DNA of 56,363 nt from a virus (Duplodnaviria > Caudoviricetes): the IMG/VR virus record IMGVR_UViG_3300047373_000289, positions 1 to 56,363 of that record; one strand, written 5' to 3'. Shown here piece by piece: positions 53,779 to 56,363 of the stretch (its first letter is position 1; each line of letters begins with the position of its first letter). The position numbers and the translations under genes are program-made. The notes under the pieces are model-generated. The model had not been told where the DNA came from. It saw only the letters and a list, made by a program, of their open reading frames with translations, and ran no database searches.

Positions 53779-54157
53779 AAGCCTCACCAACCACCCATAG
53801 AGTCCTGTCATTTGTGAAAAGTATTTCGTATTCGTTACCGCTTACGATGTTATTGTATCCGTCAGTCCAGTTAGGACTTTGACGCGGGTTGAACTTGATG
53901 CGGTAGTCTTGTTCATTTGGCTTGAGTCGATTGACCTCCAGTACTTGGACAGCCTCGCACTCTATCCATGCACACACAGTCTTATTCGCACCGTCGTGAA
54001 TCTTCTTAGCCGCTGTTGGTTGCAAGCTTAACTTACAGCCTAACATAGCCAATTGATTATCCTGTGGGTCTACGTAGCTAACTACGCCTTCATCCGACTT
54101 TACTTGCCAGTGCATGAAGTTCTTACCTCGTCCGAGGTGGAATCTAACTTTGTACAT
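53750..54157 (-). CDS. conserved phage hypothetical protein
   Basis: YKVRFHLGRGKNFMHWQVK...AKKIHDGANKTVCAWIEC...FNPR. Confidence 0.8.
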   Translation of the reverse strand: MYKVRFHLGRGKNFMHWQVKSDEGVVSYVDPQDNQLAMLGCKLSLQPTAAKKIHDGANKTVCAWIECEAVQVLEVNRLKPNEQDYRIKFNPRQSPNWTDGYNNIVSGNEYEILFTNDRTLWVVGEAYECGSSDLV

Positions 54158-54276
54158 GAGATTTTTGATTTATAATTCTGTTTAACTTGATTGAATGTAT
54201 ACTCCGCCCACTCATTGAAGTCCTGTGTTGGGTTGACGTGTACACTTGATCGGACACACACTAGCGTCTGCCCCAT
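54100..54276 (-). CDS. 58-aa hypothetical protein
   Basis: MGQTLVCVRSSVHVNPTQDFNEWAEYTF...; fills the gap. Confidence 0.5.
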   Translation of the reverse strand: MGQTLVCVRSSVHVNPTQDFNEWAEYTFNQVKQNYKSKISCTKLDSTSDEVRTSCTGK

Positions 54277-54437
54277 TGTTTATCTCTTGGTTCTTCATCG
54301 AAGACCACCATGCTGTCGTCATTGCTTGGTGTGTTCTTCACGATAGTCTGTGCTTGTTCTCGTGTGAGTCCATTCATTAGGACTTGTGGTCGCTTCTCCC
54401 AGTCACGGAAGACGCGGTATACTGCGTAGTTACTCAT
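54261..54437 (-). CDS. 58-aa hypothetical protein
   Basis: MSNYAVYRVFRDWEKRPQVLMNGLTREQAQTIV...; ATGA overlap with the upstream gene. Confidence 0.65.
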   Translation of the reverse strand: MSNYAVYRVFRDWEKRPQVLMNGLTREQAQTIVKNTPSNDDSMVVFDEEPRDKQWGRR

Positions 54438-54568
54438 TGCTCTTTAATTTTGATTTGGTTTTCTTCGGTTCTCTTTAACCTCCGTCTTTTCTCCCTTGCT
54501 GACTCAAGCCGCTTAGTTACTCCAGCTTGGGTAATCGCAATGTGGGTTGTGTATCCGTTTTTAGTCAT
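54434..54568 (-). CDS. 44-aa basic hypothetical protein
   Basis: MTKNGYTTHIAITQAGVTKRLESAREKRRRLKRTEENQIKIKEQ*; A-rich leader. Confidence 0.55.
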   Translation of the reverse strand: MTKNGYTTHIAITQAGVTKRLESAREKRRRLKRTEENQIKIKEQ

Positions 54569-54589
54569 TGCTTTTTAATTTAAGTTCAC

Positions 54590-55159
54590 TCATAACAGGG
54601 ATTCGAGATACTTGATTCGTTTTTGCTCGTTCCTGATTCTGTGTTTCAACCGATGCATTTCTGAATCAAAAAATAATTTGAATGTGTCTTCACTCTCGCT
54701 TTTTTTAGTGAAACTCCATTCTTTCTTGAAGTCCTTGAAGCTGTCGTTTTCGAGGCGCTCTACATAAGCAAGTTCGCTTAAGCAATCGTCTTCGTGTTCT
54801 TTGGTTAGCTCTACCATAGCCGCATGGACTAGGCTCTGGATTTCTTTCCAGTCAATTTCTTCAGCAGGAAATAAATTGTCGAGGTCTTCTCTTTCTTCTG
54901 GGCATAGCTCCTCAGTCAATTGATTTAAGTATTCAGCAGAGGAAGGAATGGGTTCGTTAATTATAATCATCTCTGCTGGAGTGCTATCCATAGTTGCGTC
55001 TCCAATCATGTCTATAAGAAACTCTAAGAATGTCCCGTTAAGGCGTTTCTCGCTCCATTCCTTGTTCTTAGACCTTTCGCATCTGTCTCTAGTTGATTGT
55101 GACCAACTCCCCATAGGGCTGTTGATGAATGTTTGTGTTTTATTGTTCATATTAGTCAT
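54590..55159 (-). CDS. acidic hypothetical protein
   Basis: Track ORF 54590..55192; ATG at 55159 (or 55150) is more plausible. Confidence 0.7.
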   Translation of the reverse strand: MTNMNNKTQTFINSPMGSWSQSTRDRCERSKNKEWSEKRLNGTFLEFLIDMIGDATMDSTPAEMIIINEPIPSSAEYLNQLTEELCPEEREDLDNLFPAEEIDWKEIQSLVHAAMVELTKEHEDDCLSELAYVERLENDSFKDFKKEWSFTKKSESEDTFKLFFDSEMHRLKHRIRNEQKRIKYLESLL

Positions 55160-55553
55160 TGATGTTAGGGTTTTGTTCGAGGAAAGCATCAAAGATTTGT
55201 CGTGCCTTGTGCTTGGCGTATGTGTCCTGTTGTGTCATAGTACCTGTCCTCTGTGGTACAGGTAAGTCTTCAATCCTGAAGTTGTCAGTTACATACCCTG
55301 ATGCTCCGTCGTTGATGCAGAAAGCTAGGTTGCGTATGTGTTCTTCTTTGCGTTCGTGTGTCATGGTGTTAGAGTTTTGAATATCTCGCATCAGTGCTTC
55401 TGATTCATCCCAACGGCGAGTGATCTCGATGGGTACGTGGTAGTGGGTATCGGTAACGGGGTCATGCCAAGTCTCCAATTCACCTGCATACGTTTCCTCT
55501 ACGTATTCGAGGCGGTTAATGATTTCTTTTTTCATGTGATATTTCTTGTTCAT
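55152..55553 (-). CDS. hypothetical protein
   Basis: 133-aa track ORF. Confidence 0.65.
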   Translation of the reverse strand: MNKKYHMKKEIINRLEYVEETYAGELETWHDPVTDTHYHVPIEITRRWDESEALMRDIQNSNTMTHERKEEHIRNLAFCINDGASGYVTDNFRIEDLPVPQRTGTMTQQDTYAKHKARQIFDAFLEQNPNIND

Positions 55554-55654
55554 TGTTCATTTTCTTCGCGGCAATCGCCACATATGTCACAGAAGTGATG
55601 GTCTTCCTCGGTCATTTGCTTATCGCAAAACCCGCAGTTGTATTCCTCATTCAT
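55550..55654 (-). CDS. 34-aa Cys-rich micropeptide
   Basis: MNEEYNCGFCDKQMTEEDHHFCDICGDCREENEQ*; ATGA overlaps on both sides. Confidence 0.7.
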   Translation of the reverse strand: MNEEYNCGFCDKQMTEEDHHFCDICGDCREENEQ

Positions 55655-56199
55655 AGTGTGTCTGATTTAGGGATTCGAAAGAAGTGGATGCACACATCGT
55701 CTGCATCAAGCATGGCTTCACCTCGGTAGTAGATACCACCAACAAAGTCAGCCCACTCATCCATCGGCATCGACTCAGTAGTTCCATGCAGGGCATCGGT
55801 AGCTTCCTTGATACACCCCATGTCTGTGGGTAGGTACTCACCATCGTACATGGCTTCGCAGTCCATCTGATTCCACATCAACCACTCTCGTGTACTGCTG
55901 TTAGCAGGGTTGAAGTGGTCTGTATCCCATAGTGGGTTGACCTCAATTATCTTGAGTATCTCATGTTCACTCTCTAGGTCATTCATGACGATGATGTCCT
56001 GTGTGCCGTCTGTATGGGTGATTATCTCTTCGTGTTCTTCCTTCATCAGGAGGGCAAGAAGCCTAGCCTTGTGTTCCTTGGCTTGTTCGAGTGTCTTAAA
56101 GAACTGAACCGTGGTATCGGAGTAGCCCTCGGCTAGTCCACATACTCCATGTAGGGATGCATATAATTTCATTAGATTGAGATTTTGATTTGGCAACAT
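55651..56199 (-). CDS. hypothetical protein
   Basis: 182-aa ORF; the start may be the ATG at 56172. Confidence 0.7.
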   Translation of the reverse strand: MLPNQNLNLMKLYASLHGVCGLAEGYSDTTVQFFKTLEQAKEHKARLLALLMKEEHEEIITHTDGTQDIIVMNDLESEHEILKIIEVNPLWDTDHFNPANSSTREWLMWNQMDCEAMYDGEYLPTDMGCIKEATDALHGTTESMPMDEWADFVGGIYYRGEAMLDADDVCIHFFRIPKSDTL

Positions 56200-56207
56200 T
56201 GCCGATA

Positions 56208-56215
56208 CAAAGATA
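56208..56215 (-). promoter_or_regulatory. -7 promoter element TATCTTTG, early region
   Basis: Intergenic TAnnTTTG match. Confidence 0.7.
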
Positions 56216-56219
56216 AGAC

Positions 56220-56363
56220 TTAGTTTTCAGAATTCCAAATTTCATCTGTAACTAACTGAAAATCAATGTATTTGAATAGTAGTTCGCTTGCTTCTTTTAA
56301 TTCCTTTCGCAGTTCAGGTGAGTCATTCTCCATGACCACGGGACAGATTGAATCAAACTTAAG
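56220..56363 (-). CDS. 3' end of a hypothetical protein (5'-truncated)
   Basis: Open frame LKFDSICPVVMENDSPELRKELKEASELLFKYIDFQLVTDEIWNSEN*. Confidence 0.55.
   Translation of the reverse strand, partial: LKFDSICPVVMENDSPELRKELKEASELLFKYIDFQLVTDEIWNSEN

Noticed and set aside
1-56363. Stop-codon reassignment as in some crAss-like phages
   Set aside because: Genes are long and tightly packed in the standard code, TAG and TGA both end genes, and no suppressor tRNA is present.
1-56363. CRISPR array, integrase, transposon, intron or intein
   Set aside because: No spaced repeats or recombinase motifs seen; TerL, RNR and helicase are contiguous and of normal size.

Overview
The window is most of a lytic podovirus-like dsDNA phage genome with crAss-like (Crassvirales-related) structural genes. 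The host is probably a Bacteroidota/Flavobacteriales bacterium, since TAnnTTTG -7 promoters recur and Shine-Dalgarno sites are absent. The + strand (about 0.6-45.07 kb) carries, in order: GroES-like chaperonin, small terminase candidate, tRNA-Ile(CAU) and tRNA-Arg(UCU), TerL, portal, a receptor-binding island (tail fibre and three LamG paralogs), small Lys-rich proteins, scaffold, major capsid, decoration proteins, ring proteins, a muzzle split into two ORFs, three cargo proteins (one an LPD38-type polyvalent protein), a holin and a secreted M43 protease with a dockerin-like domain. The - strand (45.1-56.4 kb) carries class II RNR, nucleases, primase-helicase, SSB, an exonuclease plus annealing protein, and many small early genes. 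No integrase, DNA polymerase, RNA polymerase, reverse transcriptase or CRISPR array is visible. The most notable observations are dockerin-like Ca-loop modules shared by the muzzle and the protease, mirror-image G/C codon skew in the conserved flanks of the LamG cassettes, a shared KYxxGG peptide tag, a 104-nt structured RNA candidate, a compact bidirectional promoter and probable leaderless mRNAs. All family assignments come from motif recognition by eye; no database search was run.
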